In this document: in pieces, positions 30,470 to 41,255 of the stretch
Position numbering within the stretch: the first letter of the stretch is position 1
How the letters are laid out: the number at the start of each line of letters is the position of its first letter
Source: an uncultured Pelagibacteraceae bacterium
Lineage (GTDB): Bacteria; Pseudomonadota; Alphaproteobacteria; Pelagibacterales; Pelagibacteraceae
Reading direction: 5' to 3'
DNA length: 64,000 nucleotides
NCBI GenBank assembly: GCA_902604545.1
Contig: CACKZG010000001.1
Span: 96 to 64,095 of the forward strand
Program-made: the position numbers and the translations under genes
Notes under the pieces: model-generated
Databases searched by the model: none
The model's input: only the letters and a program-made list of their open reading frames with translations
What the model was told of the DNA's origin: nothing

Positions 30470-31863
30470 TATAACAATTTGGGTAATTCTCTCATCCAAT
30501 TTGAAATAGTCCCCGCACCCATCCCTATAACAATTTTTTTTCCATATATGTTTGCTTTAATAAATTTTGCTAATTGAAATCTATCGTCCACTAAAAATAG
30601 CTGGACTCTTGAGTTTTTAATTATTTCTTTCGCAAAATTTATATAACTAAATCCAAGCTTTAATTTTTCTCCAGCGGTATAAATTGGAAACAAGACAACT
30701 TTATCTGCATTTTTAAATGCGTAGGTAAATTCTTTTTTTAAGTCTTTTAATCTTGATATTCTATGAGGTTGGAAAATACATATTTTCTCATAATCTTTAT
30801 AAACATTTTTAACACCATCCAACACCTCTTTGATTTCTGTTGGATGATGGGCGTAATCATCGTAGAAATCTACATTATTAAAATTGAAAATTTTATTAAA
30901 TCTTCTTTGAACCCCTTTAAAATTTTTAAGTCCTTTTTTAATATTATTTATTGGTAAACCGACAGTTAAACCTAATGCAGCAGCGGCTACAGAATTTTTA
31001 ATATTATGATTTCCTAATAAAGGAATTTTAAATTTTTTAATTAATTGATTTTTTTTATTAGGTAATTTTATATTTAAGTCAAACTCAGAGCGATCTTTTA
31101 ATTGCTTTATATTTTTAATACAAAAATTTGATTTGTTATGAAGGCCATATGTATAAAAGTTTTTATTTTTGATATTTTTAATTAATTTTTTGTTATTTTT
31201 ATCATCTAAACAAATAAATGATTTTCCGAAAGAAGGAACCTTATTTACAAAATTTTCAAAATATTTATTTAATTTTTCCATATTACCATAATAATCCATA
31301 TGCTCTCTATCTATATTGGTGATTATTGAATATGTTGGAGGTATAAAAACAAAACTTCCATCTGACTCATCTGCCTCTAATATAGACCAATCACTTTTCC
31401 CAAGCTTTGCAGAATTATTAATTGAATTTATTACTCCACCATTAATTATTGTAGGATCAATTTTTGTTTCTTGAAATATAGAAGCTATTAAAGATGTTGT
31501 TGTAGTTTTGCCGTGTGATCCAACTACCACAATATTTTTTGTTAAAGATACTATATTAGCGAGCATCTCCCCTCTTTTATATATGGGTAATTGTTTTTTT
31601 TTAGCTGCGGCAAGCTCAGGATTATTTTTTTTAATTGCTGAAGATACAACTAGGATAGTTCCCTTTTCTATATTTTGTTTCTTATGCCCAACAAAAACTT
31701 TTATTTTTTCTTTTCTTAATCTTTCAATATTTTTGTTATTTGAAATATCACTTCCTTGAACTCTAAAACCTTTACCCTTCATTATTAATGCCAGGCCACT
31801 CATACCTATTCCACCTATTCCAACAAAATGAATCAGTTCTGATTTTGCTAATTTAATTTTCAT
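30469..31863 (-). CDS. murC: UDP-MurNAc-L-Ala ligase
   Basis: GIGGIGMSG, GSHGKTTT, EADESDGSF, DDYAHHPTE. Confidence 0.97.
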   Translation of the reverse strand: MKIKLAKSELIHFVGIGGIGMSGLALIMKGKGFRVQGSDISNNKNIERLRKEKIKVFVGHKKQNIEKGTILVVSSAIKKNNPELAAAKKKQLPIYKRGEMLANIVSLTKNIVVVGSHGKTTTTSLIASIFQETKIDPTIINGGVINSINNSAKLGKSDWSILEADESDGSFVFIPPTYSIITNIDREHMDYYGNMEKLNKYFENFVNKVPSFGKSFICLDDKNNKKLIKNIKNKNFYTYGLHNKSNFCIKNIKQLKDRSEFDLNIKLPNKKNQLIKKFKIPLLGNHNIKNSVAAAALGLTVGLPINNIKKGLKNFKGVQRRFNKIFNFNNVDFYDDYAHHPTEIKEVLDGVKNVYKDYEKICIFQPHRISRLKDLKKEFTYAFKNADKVVLFPIYTAGEKLKLGFSYINFAKEIIKNSRVQLFLVDDRFQLAKFIKANIYGKKIVIGMGAGTISNWMRELPKLL

Positions 31864-32917
31864 TAATAAGTTTTAATATTTTTTGATTAACATTATTCCA
31901 TGTATTTTGATAATTTAATTTCTGTAAATTTTTTTTTTTTGTCATGTAATCCTGACTTTTATTTGCCAATTTAAGCAAAAATTTCTCAAATTTTTGATTA
32001 TCAAAATTTTTTTGATCTACAATCCAACAACAATCTTGTTCTTGATAATATTTTGCATTTTCATACTGATGATTATCTTTTGATGACGGAAGTGGTATTG
32101 CTATAAATGGAATATTTAAAAAAGATAGTTCGGCTAAGCTAGATGCTCCTGCTCTAGTTATGCATAAGTCCCCTTGTTTTAAAATTTCATTAAGATTGTG
32201 GTCAAAACTGAAAACATTACTTTCAATGTTATTTTGAAAATAAAAATCTTTTAAAAAATTTATATTTTTTTTACTTGTTTGATGAATAATTTTTATAGAC
32301 ATCTTTTTTGCTAGACTTAAAAAAGATTTATTTAAAAGCTCATCAAAGATTTTTGCACCCTGACTACCCCCTATAATTATAATTGTGAATAAATTATCAT
32401 GTTTTTGATACAAGCTGGTTTCATAATATTCTTTTCGTATCAAAGGTTTAATTGTAGTTAATTTGTGATCAATTCCTGATGGTAAATTAATTAAATTCTT
32501 TGAATAACATATTAATTTTCTTGAAAAATTTAAAAAAAATTTATTTGCTCTTCCAAGTACCATATTTGGTTCAATTAAAAAAATATTAATGCCTAATATT
32601 TTTGCTGCTAAACATAATGGTAAAGACATATAGCCACCTGTTGAAATTAATATTGAAATACTATTTTTTTTTAAAAGAAAAAAAGATTTTACAGTTAGAA
32701 AAAATATTTTTAAAAATGAAAAAGGGAGAAGAAAATAATTATTTAATTTTGGGGTATTAATTACAAATGTATTGTAATTCTTATCTAAATATGCAAGGCC
32801 TCTTATATCAGTAGAAATTAAAGGTTCATGAGTATGCTTTAAATGATTATAAATTGTAATTGCTGGTACCACATGACCTCCAGATCCACCTGTAGAAATT
32901 AAAACTTTTTTTGTCAT
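31853..32917 (-). CDS. murG: Lipid II GlcNAc transferase
   Basis: GGSGGH, GGY, GGSQGA, RAGASS, HQYENA. Confidence 0.95.
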   Translation of the reverse strand: MTKKVLISTGGSGGHVVPAITIYNHLKHTHEPLISTDIRGLAYLDKNYNTFVINTPKLNNYFLLPFSFLKIFFLTVKSFFLLKKNSISILISTGGYMSLPLCLAAKILGINIFLIEPNMVLGRANKFFLNFSRKLICYSKNLINLPSGIDHKLTTIKPLIRKEYYETSLYQKHDNLFTIIIIGGSQGAKIFDELLNKSFLSLAKKMSIKIIHQTSKKNINFLKDFYFQNNIESNVFSFDHNLNEILKQGDLCITRAGASSLAELSFLNIPFIAIPLPSSKDNHQYENAKYYQEQDCCWIVDQKNFDNQKFEKFLLKLANKSQDYMTKKKNLQKLNYQNTWNNVNQKILKLINEN

Positions 32918-32920
32918 TTA

Positions 32921-34042
32921 TTAAGTTATTTTTCTTTTTGTTAAATTTAAAATTATCCCAGCTAATATTGACGTACTTATTATCGATGAACCACCATAAC
33001 TTAAAAAAGGCAATGTCATTCCAGTCGTTGGAAATAACCTTATATTGACCCCGACATGAATAGTAGCCTGCATTAATATTAAACTAATAGATCCAATTAA
33101 AATAAGTTTAACTTTATCAGTTGTTTCAAAACTTATTTTTTTAAAAACCATATAAATTAAGATCAAAAACAATAATAATATTAACATTATGGCAACAACA
33201 CCAAACTCTTCAGAAATTACTGAAATAATGTAGTCAGTATGAGCTTCAGGAACTCTATTTTTAAGAACTCCTTCACCTATGCCTTTTCCAAAAAAACCTC
33301 CGCTTGTAATTGACTCTAATGCTTTATCAGATTGAAAATTATGAGTGCCTGTTTCTCTGTTAAAAAATGAAAAAATACGTCCTTGGATATAATCAAACTT
33401 AGGAACATAAATAATAAGATAAGCAAGCAAAGATGCACCAGCAATAAATATTGCTAAAAGAATATATATATTAATTCCTGATGTGAAGATTAGAGCTGCC
33501 CAACAAAATACTACTAATAAAGTTTGGCCAATATCTGGTTGAGCTATTAAAAGTAAAGAAATAACAGATATCAAAATAATAGATATCAAATACTTAAATA
33601 AAATATTTGATCTAATATCACAAAAAATAATTGCTAAGATTATTATCAAAAATGGTTTTAAAACTTCTATAGGCTGAAATCTTGGTAAGAAAAATAAGTC
33701 TATCCATCTTTTAGATCCTTTAACTTCAACACCAATGAATGGCACCAAAAATAAAGAAATAAGTGAAATAAAAAAAAGAAAAATAGAGTATTTATATAAT
33801 TGATCTGAATTTAAAGAAGAAAATATAAAAATAAGAAATATTCCAATTAAAACATAAATCAAATGTTTAAAAAAGAAGGAATAACTGTTGGTATCTAACT
33901 TATCAGAGGCTATTAGAGAAGTTGAAACTAAAGAAAAAAATAATCCAATAACAAATAATAAACTTATCAGTAAAAAAATAGATTTATCTATGTTTTTCCA
34001 CCATTGATAATAAAATTTATAAAAAATACTATCGCCTTGCAT
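32921..34042 (-). CDS. ftsW: SEDS peptidoglycan polymerase FtsW
   Basis: GSKRWI, QPDIG, PEAHTDY, LPFLSYGGSS. Confidence 0.94.
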   Translation of the reverse strand: MQGDSIFYKFYYQWWKNIDKSIFLLISLLFVIGLFFSLVSTSLIASDKLDTNSYSFFFKHLIYVLIGIFLIFIFSSLNSDQLYKYSIFLFFISLISLFLVPFIGVEVKGSKRWIDLFFLPRFQPIEVLKPFLIIILAIIFCDIRSNILFKYLISIILISVISLLLIAQPDIGQTLLVVFCWAALIFTSGINIYILLAIFIAGASLLAYLIIYVPKFDYIQGRIFSFFNRETGTHNFQSDKALESITSGGFFGKGIGEGVLKNRVPEAHTDYIISVISEEFGVVAIMLILLLFLILIYMVFKKISFETTDKVKLILIGSISLILMQATIHVGVNIRLFPTTGMTLPFLSYGGSSIISTSILAGIILNLTKRKIT

Positions 34043-35327
34043 TTATATACTTTTTAATTATTTGATTAAAATAATACCCTCTATCTTCAAAATTTTTGAA
34101 ACTATCGAATGAAGCTCCAGCTGGACTGAAAAAAATAATATTTTTTTTAGATTGTTGAATATTAATTTCTGAAAAAATAACTTTAAGAGTTTCTTGTAAA
34201 TTTTTGAAATTTTTAATTTTTAATCTATTTTTTAAAATTTTTATAAATTTTCTATGATGTGATCCAAAAACATAAGCTTTGATATTTTTACACTTTATTT
34301 TTGATAGTTTAAAATTATCTCCTTTTTTAGGAATTCCTCCTAAGATCCAATATACATCATTTAAATTTTTTAATATATTTTCTGAGGAAGCAAAGCTTGT
34401 AGATTTTGAGTCGTTAATTATTGTGAGATTTTTTTTATCAAATATAATTTGTTGTCTGAAATCTAGGCCTTTAAATTTATTAATAGTTATTATTAATTTT
34501 TTGTAATTAAGTTTTAATCTTGGAGCAATTTTTAATATAAATGATAAATTTTCTTTATTACCATCAGATATAAAATATGTATTAGTAATTTTATTAAACT
34601 TTTTGTCTATATTTGAGGTCTGTATTCTGTAGATTTTTGAACTATATTTATTTTTATTTAAATTTTTAGTTATTAGTTTATCCTCTTTTTTTACATAAGC
34701 AAAAGATCCTCTTATTTGAGATTTTAATAACTTAAATTTGGCATTTACATAATTTTTTAAACTTTTATGTCTCTCAATGTGGTCTGCAGTTAAGTTTAAA
34801 ATTACCGCATATTTTGATCTAAATACGCTGCTGTAATCTAACTGATAAGAAGAAGCCTCTATTACAAAGATTGTTTTTTTTGTAATATTTTTTTCTGATA
34901 ATGCTGGATTACCTATATTTCCAATTAGTCTTGAGTCTCTTTTTTGATCGATTAAAGCATCATGTAAAATTTTAGCAGTTGTAGATTTACCGTTAGTACC
35001 AGTAATCGTAATACTTTCATTTTTATAAAATGAAAACAAGACATCAAGGTCGGTATGAATTTTTTTAAAATTTTTCTTTAAAAATTTTGATAATTTGCAA
35101 TTTGAGATATCAATTCCAGGACTAATAATAATTCTATCAAAATTTATTTTTTGAATTTGTTCGTATCTAATTATTTTTTTTTTAAGTTTTGATTTAATTT
35201 TTTTATTGTCATCAAACAAATATACATCAGACTTATTTTTTAAAAACTTGTAAGATGAAATGCCACTCTTTCCTAAACCGTAAATTAATATTTTTTTTCT
35301 TAAAAAAATATTATTAAATATTTTCAT
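34029..35327 (-). CDS. murD: UDP-MurNAc-L-Ala-D-Glu ligase
   Basis: GLGKSG, ISPGI, TGTNGKSTT, GNIG, EASSYQL, NDSKST; start set at the TAATG overlap with mraY. Confidence 0.95.
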   Translation of the reverse strand: MKIFNNIFLRKKILIYGLGKSGISSYKFLKNKSDVYLFDDNKKIKSKLKKKIIRYEQIQKINFDRIIISPGIDISNCKLSKFLKKNFKKIHTDLDVLFSFYKNESITITGTNGKSTTAKILHDALIDQKRDSRLIGNIGNPALSEKNITKKTIFVIEASSYQLDYSSVFRSKYAVILNLTADHIERHKSLKNYVNAKFKLLKSQIRGSFAYVKKEDKLITKNLNKNKYSSKIYRIQTSNIDKKFNKITNTYFISDGNKENLSFILKIAPRLKLNYKKLIITINKFKGLDFRQQIIFDKKNLTIINDSKSTSFASSENILKNLNDVYWILGGIPKKGDNFKLSKIKCKNIKAYVFGSHHRKFIKILKNRLKIKNFKNLQETLKVIFSEINIQQSKKNIIFFSPAGASFDSFKNFEDRGYYFNQIIKKYINARR

Positions 35328-36412
35328 TATCTTAATTTTAAGGTAGCTAAACCAATCATTGCAAGGATGATAGAGATAATCCAAAACCTAATTACAACTG
35401 TAGACTCTGGCCATCCCTTTTTCTCAAAATGATGATGAATAGGTGCCATTCTAAAAATTCTTTTTCCGGTAAGCTTATAGGATATTACCTGAACCATTAC
35501 TGAAACCGCCTCTAGTACAAAAAGTCCACCTGTAATAGCTAAAACAATTTCATGCTTTGTGATGATTCCTACTGCACCTAAAGATCCTCCAAGAGATAAT
35601 GAGCCTGTGTCACCCATAAAAATTTTAGCAGGTGGAGCATTAAACCATAAGAAGCCTAAACAAGAGCCAATAATTGCACCACAAAAAATTGATACTTCAC
35701 CAGTACCTTCTATATAGGGAATTTGTAAATAATTTGAAAATACTATGTTTCCAGTAACATAACTTATAAAAGCAAAACATGCTGCAACTAATATTACAGG
35801 CACTGTTGCTAGACCATCTAATCCATCCGTAAGGTTAACCGCATTTGATGAACCAATAATTACGAATATTGCAAATGGTATAAAAAACCATCCAAGGTTT
35901 ATTATTAAATTTTTAAAGAATGGAAAATATAAATTATTTAAATCTTGATAATCATTTAAATAAACAAAAAAACTTACACCAATAATTGCTAATATTATTT
36001 GTGAAGTTATTTTAAACTTTGAAGAAATTCCTGATGAGTTGGTGTATTTGATTTTTTTATAATCGTCATATGCTCCTAACAAACCAAAGGATATTGCAAT
36101 GTATATACAAAATAAAATGTTTACATTAGAAAGATCTGCCCAAAATATCACTGAGAGTAATAGACCAAATAAGATTATAACACCTCCCATTGTTGGCGTA
36201 CCGATTTTTTTTACTATATGATCCTCTGGTCCATCATCCCGAATAGGATTTAAAATTTTTTGTTTTGAAAAAAATTTAATAAAAGGACCCCCAATAATCA
36301 GAACTATAACCAAAGAAGTAAAAAAAGATAAACCAGTTCTAAAAGTTAAATATTTAAAAACATTTAAAAAACTTAAAGTATCAACAAAATTTAATAAAAA
36401 TTGATAAAGCAT
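35327..36412 (-). CDS. mraY: Phospho-MurNAc-pentapeptide transferase
   Basis: TPTMGG, NAVNLTDGLDGL, FMGDTGS, APIHHHFE. Confidence 0.97.
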   Translation of the reverse strand: MLYQFLLNFVDTLSFLNVFKYLTFRTGLSFFTSLVIVLIIGGPFIKFFSKQKILNPIRDDGPEDHIVKKIGTPTMGGVIILFGLLLSVIFWADLSNVNILFCIYIAISFGLLGAYDDYKKIKYTNSSGISSKFKITSQIILAIIGVSFFVYLNDYQDLNNLYFPFFKNLIINLGWFFIPFAIFVIIGSSNAVNLTDGLDGLATVPVILVAACFAFISYVTGNIVFSNYLQIPYIEGTGEVSIFCGAIIGSCLGFLWFNAPPAKIFMGDTGSLSLGGSLGAVGIITKHEIVLAITGGLFVLEAVSVMVQVISYKLTGKRIFRMAPIHHHFEKKGWPESTVVIRFWIISIILAMIGLATLKLR

Positions 36413-39256
36413 TTAATGCAATCCTTTCAAATTTTTTACTATGTCATTGAATCCTGTCGCAAGTGAGGCTTTGATCATTAAATAATCATTATTGTTTAAA
36501 TCTTTTCTAATCAATTCAATAATTTGTGATTTATTAAATAAAATCCTACCTTTTTTTGCTTTTGAGATATTTTTAAATATTATTGGGGCCAATTTTCCCT
36601 TAACATATACCTTATCTATCTTGGTTTGATTAATTATTGGTGCAATAGATTGATGAAGTTTTTTAGAATGATCTCCAAGTTCTAACATATCACCAATAAG
36701 TAAATATTTATTTGAAGTTCTTGAACCTATTTTATCAAAATTTTTTATTGATGATATTAATGATAGAGGATTTGAATTATAACTTTGATCAATTAAATTA
36801 ATTTTTTTATTATCAATTTTTACTACAGAATGATCTCCTCTTCCCTCAGGAATTTTGAAATTAAGAAAAATATTTTCATTCAATTTATATATATTTTTAT
36901 AAATACTGATAATTGCTAAAGCAGAAAGAGTATTGTAGATATTGTTTTGGAAATCATTAGATAATGTAAAATACTTTTTTTTATTATTTAATCTAACGTT
37001 AATTCTAAATTTTTTTCCAAAGGGCTTTATATTAATTAATTTAATATCTGCTTTCTGACTTTTAATACCAAAAGAGATTACTTTAATTTTCTTTTCTTTG
37101 GCGATTTTATTATGAAATTGAAAAAAATTATCATCTGCATTTAATACAACATAACCAAGAGGTTTTATGTTGTTAATAATTTCAGATTTTGCCAAAGCAA
37201 TTTGTTTAATATTTTTAAAATTTTTAGCATGAGCATAATTTATATTTGTTATCACTCCAACATCTGGTTCTATTATTTTTGATAAATTATCAATTTCACC
37301 TTTTTTATCCATTCCAACTTCTAAAATTCCAAATTCATCATTTTGTTTTAAATTAAAAAGACTCAAAGGAACCCCAAATTTGTTGTTATAAGATTTTGGA
37401 GAAATGCTTACTTTTGAAATTTTCCTTAATACATTACCCAACAATTCTTTAAGTGTAGTTTTGCCACAACTGCCTGTTATAGCTATTATATTTGTATCAA
37501 TACTTTTTCTGAAATTTTTTGAGATATCTGTTAAGAATTTTAAAGTATCTTTTACTTTAATCTGACGATTTTTATTTAATTTATTTTGAATTTTGTTTAC
37601 TACAGCTAAAGATGCTTTTCTATTGAATGATTGTGCAACATATTTATTGCCGTCATTTTTTTTTCCTCTAATAGCAAAAAAAATATCATTTTTATTAACT
37701 TCTTGAGAATTAATTCTTGCCTTTTTTAAAGATATATAGTGAGACAATCTTTTTATTTTAGCTGCCTCTTTAACTACATTTAATTTTAAATTATCTGATA
37801 AATTATTATTTTTATTCTTAATAGCATTTAAAATTACTTTTCTATCTGAAAAGAAAATTTTCTTATTTCCAATATCTTGGGTTTTCTCATGTCCTTTTCC
37901 AGCGACTAACAAAATATCACCTGAATTCAAATTATGAATAGCTTGTTTTATTGCTATTGCTCTATCAGAAATTTCGGTAATTTTTTTTTTTTTAATCCCT
38001 TTTTTTATATCTCTTCTTATTTTTTGAGGATTTTCAAATCTAGGGTTATCATTTGTAAGAATGATACTATCTGCAAAATCACTAGCTATTTTACCCATTT
38101 TTGATCTTTTATTTTGATCTCTATTTCCGCCACAACCAAATAGCACCGTGATTGTTTTATTATGAAATTGTTCTCTAAGATTTAAAAGACACGTTTTTAG
38201 GGCATCAGGCGTATGAGCATAATCGAGAATTACTTTTGATTGATTTTTAATTTTACCTATTTTTTCAAATCTTCCTTCAACTGGTTTCAATTTTGAAATT
38301 GTATTTAAAATTTTATTTAAACTAACACCACTGTATTTTGCTGAAATTATTGCCATTAAAACATTTTTTAATTGTACTTTTCCTATTAAATTTAAATTTA
38401 GATCCTGTACTGAATTATTTATTTTAATTCTGAGAACTTGCCCCTCTCCTTTAAATTTATGAGATAAAAGCTCTAGATTATTTTTCTTATCATTTAGTGT
38501 ATGTAATTTTAATTTCTTATTAATTGTAATTTTTTTTATTTTTTTAAACTCTGGTATTATTTGATCTGTAATTACATTACCTCTTTTTTGGATTAGGTTT
38601 TCAAATAAATAAAGTTTTGCTTTTAAATAATTTTTTAAATTTTTATGATAATCAAGATGATCCTGGGATAAATTAGTAAATATACCTGAATTAAACTTCA
38701 AGCCATCTAATCTATTTTGTTTTAAACCATGACTTGAAGCTTCCATAATTACATTTTCTATTTTTTGAGTTTTTAACTTGCTCAAAATTTTAGCCAATTT
38801 AATTGGATCTATTGTAGTATTAGATAAATTCAAATTAATTCTTTTTGATTTAACACCTAATGTGCCAATAGAAGCAGCCTTTTTATTATTTAATTTTAAT
38901 ATTTGATAATAAAAATCAGCAACTGACGATTTTCCGTTTGTACCTGTAACTGCAATTAAATTTTTTGGTTTTTTATTATAAATTTTAAAAGCAGTTTCAG
39001 CTAATAATTTTCTTACATTCTTTGTATGAATATATAAAATTCCATTTTGGAAATAATTTATTTTTTTTTCACTTACAATAATTTTAGATCCTTTTTTAAT
39101 TGCTTTAGGAATAAATTTATTACCATCAATAACATTTCCTCTGATTGCAAAAAAAATATTATTTTTTTTCATGCTCTTTGTGTCAAATGAAATTCCTGAA
39201 AAAGAAAAATTTCTATAATTTTTATTTATGTTATGAAAGTAGTTTCCTAGAAGCAT
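36413..39256 (-). CDS. murEF: Fused MurE-MurF ligase
   Basis: MurE motifs (TGTNGKSS, MEASSHGL, DYAHTPD, DNPR, AGKGHE) followed in frame by MurF motifs (TGSCGKTT, NNKFGVP, SYNSNP, GDMLELG). Confidence 0.93.
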   Translation of the reverse strand: MLLGNYFHNINKNYRNFSFSGISFDTKSMKKNNIFFAIRGNVIDGNKFIPKAIKKGSKIIVSEKKINYFQNGILYIHTKNVRKLLAETAFKIYNKKPKNLIAVTGTNGKSSVADFYYQILKLNNKKAASIGTLGVKSKRINLNLSNTTIDPIKLAKILSKLKTQKIENVIMEASSHGLKQNRLDGLKFNSGIFTNLSQDHLDYHKNLKNYLKAKLYLFENLIQKRGNVITDQIIPEFKKIKKITINKKLKLHTLNDKKNNLELLSHKFKGEGQVLRIKINNSVQDLNLNLIGKVQLKNVLMAIISAKYSGVSLNKILNTISKLKPVEGRFEKIGKIKNQSKVILDYAHTPDALKTCLLNLREQFHNKTITVLFGCGGNRDQNKRSKMGKIASDFADSIILTNDNPRFENPQKIRRDIKKGIKKKKITEISDRAIAIKQAIHNLNSGDILLVAGKGHEKTQDIGNKKIFFSDRKVILNAIKNKNNNLSDNLKLNVVKEAAKIKRLSHYISLKKARINSQEVNKNDIFFAIRGKKNDGNKYVAQSFNRKASLAVVNKIQNKLNKNRQIKVKDTLKFLTDISKNFRKSIDTNIIAITGSCGKTTLKELLGNVLRKISKVSISPKSYNNKFGVPLSLFNLKQNDEFGILEVGMDKKGEIDNLSKIIEPDVGVITNINYAHAKNFKNIKQIALAKSEIINNIKPLGYVVLNADDNFFQFHNKIAKEKKIKVISFGIKSQKADIKLINIKPFGKKFRINVRLNNKKKYFTLSNDFQNNIYNTLSALAIISIYKNIYKLNENIFLNFKIPEGRGDHSVVKIDNKKINLIDQSYNSNPLSLISSIKNFDKIGSRTSNKYLLIGDMLELGDHSKKLHQSIAPIINQTKIDKVYVKGKLAPIIFKNISKAKKGRILFNKSQIIELIRKDLNNNDYLMIKASLATGFNDIVKNLKGLH

Positions 39257-39258
39257 AA

Positions 39259-40950
39259 TTAATTAACCTCTATATATTTTGTGGCTAAAATGGGCCCAAT
39301 TTTATCTATTACTTTTCCAGCTACCTCTACTGAGGTCCAGCCAGCAGTATTATAAAGTGTACCCTTCCATCCTCCTTTTCGATGTCTATACTTATAATAA
39401 TAATCTTTAGATTTTTTTGGAGTATCTAGCATTACAACAAAAACAAATTGTGGATTTGATGTGGGAAAAATGGAAGCAAAAGTATTTATTTTTGCCTCAG
39501 AATATGCTCCTCCCTCAGGTTGATCAGCGGTTCCAGTTTTTCCACCGACTTCAAAATTTTGAACATCTGCAAATTTAGCTGTTCCCTCCTCAGTATTTAC
39601 TATTTTTCTTAAAGCACTAACAACCTGTTCTGAAATACCTTTTTTTAATATTCTTTCATTTTTTTTCTTAAAATTATTTTCTTTATAAATTAAAGTTGGC
39701 TTAATTTCATAACCACCATTTGATAAAACAGAATAACCTTTTGCTAATTTAAGAATTGTAGTTGCTATTCCATGTCCAAAAGAAGCTGTAGCTAATCTAC
39801 ATTTTCCAAAATCGTAAATTTTTTGAGGCGCAACTTCTTCTATATCAAAATCGATATCACTTAATACACCAACTTTTTCTAAAAATAATTTAAATTTTTC
39901 TGAGCCAACTTTTTGTGCAATTCTTACTGATCCTATATTTCCAGATCTTACTAAAATTTGCTCTGCAGTTAAATCTGATGGGATTTCATTGTCATACTCG
40001 CCTATTCTGTATTTGTCGCATTTAATTGATTTGGGTAAATCTAAAAATTCAGTCTCTGGTTTGATTAACTTTTCATTTAAGGCGCTAGCAAAAGTAAATG
40101 TTTTAAAAACAGAGCCTAGCTCATATGTGCCTTTAGTTACCCTATTAATATAATTTACATCAGTTATATTTTGTCTCTCATTTGGATTGAAATCTGGCAA
40201 GGAAACTAATGATAGAATATTACCGTTGTTGACATTCATTAGAATAGCAGCACTACCTTTACTTTTAAAAATTTCCTGAAATTTAATTAATTCTTTTCTT
40301 ATTAAAAATTGAATATCCTTATCTAAAGTAAGTCTAATAGGTTTTTTTGATTGTCTAAGTTCCTCATTCAATGATTTTTCTAATCCAGAAATTCCATTAT
40401 TATCATCATCTATCTGACCCAAAACATGGCTAAAAAGATTTTTTTGAGGGTACATTCTAAGAATTTTTTCTTCTGGTATTAAAGACTTATCTCCTAATTT
40501 CATTATTTTCTCATAATTTTCCTCTGAAATTTTCTTCTCTAAATAAAAAAATTTCTTACTTTCAATTTTTTTTTCAATCTGATCAAAATTTTTATCAGGA
40601 AAAATTATATTTAAACTAAGAAGTAATTTTTTTTTATTAATTATATCTGAAGTTTTTAGTCCTATATCGATAGATTTTACGGTCTTAGCTAAATAATTTC
40701 CATTAATATCTACGATGTCTGCTCTATAGAGTTCATTATTAGATAAAGAAAAATTGTTTCTTTGTGTTGAGTTATCCTTTCGTGAACCTAGATGAATTAA
40801 ATGTAAAGTATAAATAAAATAGATAACAAAAAAAATAAAGAAGATAAAAGCAACACGATTAAATTGAATATTTAATCCATTTTCTTTTTTCTTAAATGTA
40901 AAATCACTTTTATAATCTTCGATGGTTAATTTTGATTTATTATCAGCCAT
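39259..40950 (-). CDS. ftsI: PBP3 transpeptidase FtsI
   Basis: SVFK, SGN and KTG motifs; N-terminal TM; dcw position. Confidence 0.92.
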   Translation of the reverse strand: MADNKSKLTIEDYKSDFTFKKKENGLNIQFNRVAFIFFIFFVIYFIYTLHLIHLGSRKDNSTQRNNFSLSNNELYRADIVDINGNYLAKTVKSIDIGLKTSDIINKKKLLLSLNIIFPDKNFDQIEKKIESKKFFYLEKKISEENYEKIMKLGDKSLIPEEKILRMYPQKNLFSHVLGQIDDDNNGISGLEKSLNEELRQSKKPIRLTLDKDIQFLIRKELIKFQEIFKSKGSAAILMNVNNGNILSLVSLPDFNPNERQNITDVNYINRVTKGTYELGSVFKTFTFASALNEKLIKPETEFLDLPKSIKCDKYRIGEYDNEIPSDLTAEQILVRSGNIGSVRIAQKVGSEKFKLFLEKVGVLSDIDFDIEEVAPQKIYDFGKCRLATASFGHGIATTILKLAKGYSVLSNGGYEIKPTLIYKENNFKKKNERILKKGISEQVVSALRKIVNTEEGTAKFADVQNFEVGGKTGTADQPEGGAYSEAKINTFASIFPTSNPQFVFVVMLDTPKKSKDYYYKYRHRKGGWKGTLYNTAGWTSVEVAGKVIDKIGPILATKYIEVN

Positions 40951-41255
40951 TACTCTTTAATAATTTTATAATTTTGGATTTTATTTATATTATCTGAGAT
41001 ATTATAGATTTTTATATCGTTTATATTTTTTTGAATTAACTCATTCTCAAAATATAGAGATTGATATTCAAGTAGTTTTTCTGCCGAGCTTAAATAATCG
41101 TACTCTAAGGATGCATTTTCAAATTCAGAATTTAAAACTCTAATATTCTCTTTTGCTGTAAATATTTCATCTTCAATCTGTTTAGTTGTATTTTTTATTA
41201 TTGCAGTTGATAAGACTAAAAAAAAAATCACTGCTGCTAAAGTAAATTTTTTCAC
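40950..41255 (-). CDS. ftsL: Cell division protein FtsL-like
   Basis: TM + coiled coil, between rsmH and ftsI. Confidence 0.7.
   Translation of the reverse strand: MKKFTLAAVIFFLVLSTAIIKNTTKQIEDEIFTAKENIRVLNSEFENASLEYDYLSSAEKLLEYQSLYFENELIQKNINDIKIYNISDNINKIQNYKIIKE

Noticed and set aside
35328-35384. N-terminal extensions of MurD (and MurB, 30470-30499) in the ORF track
   Set aside because: They overlap the upstream genes; downstream ATGs form typical TAATG coupling
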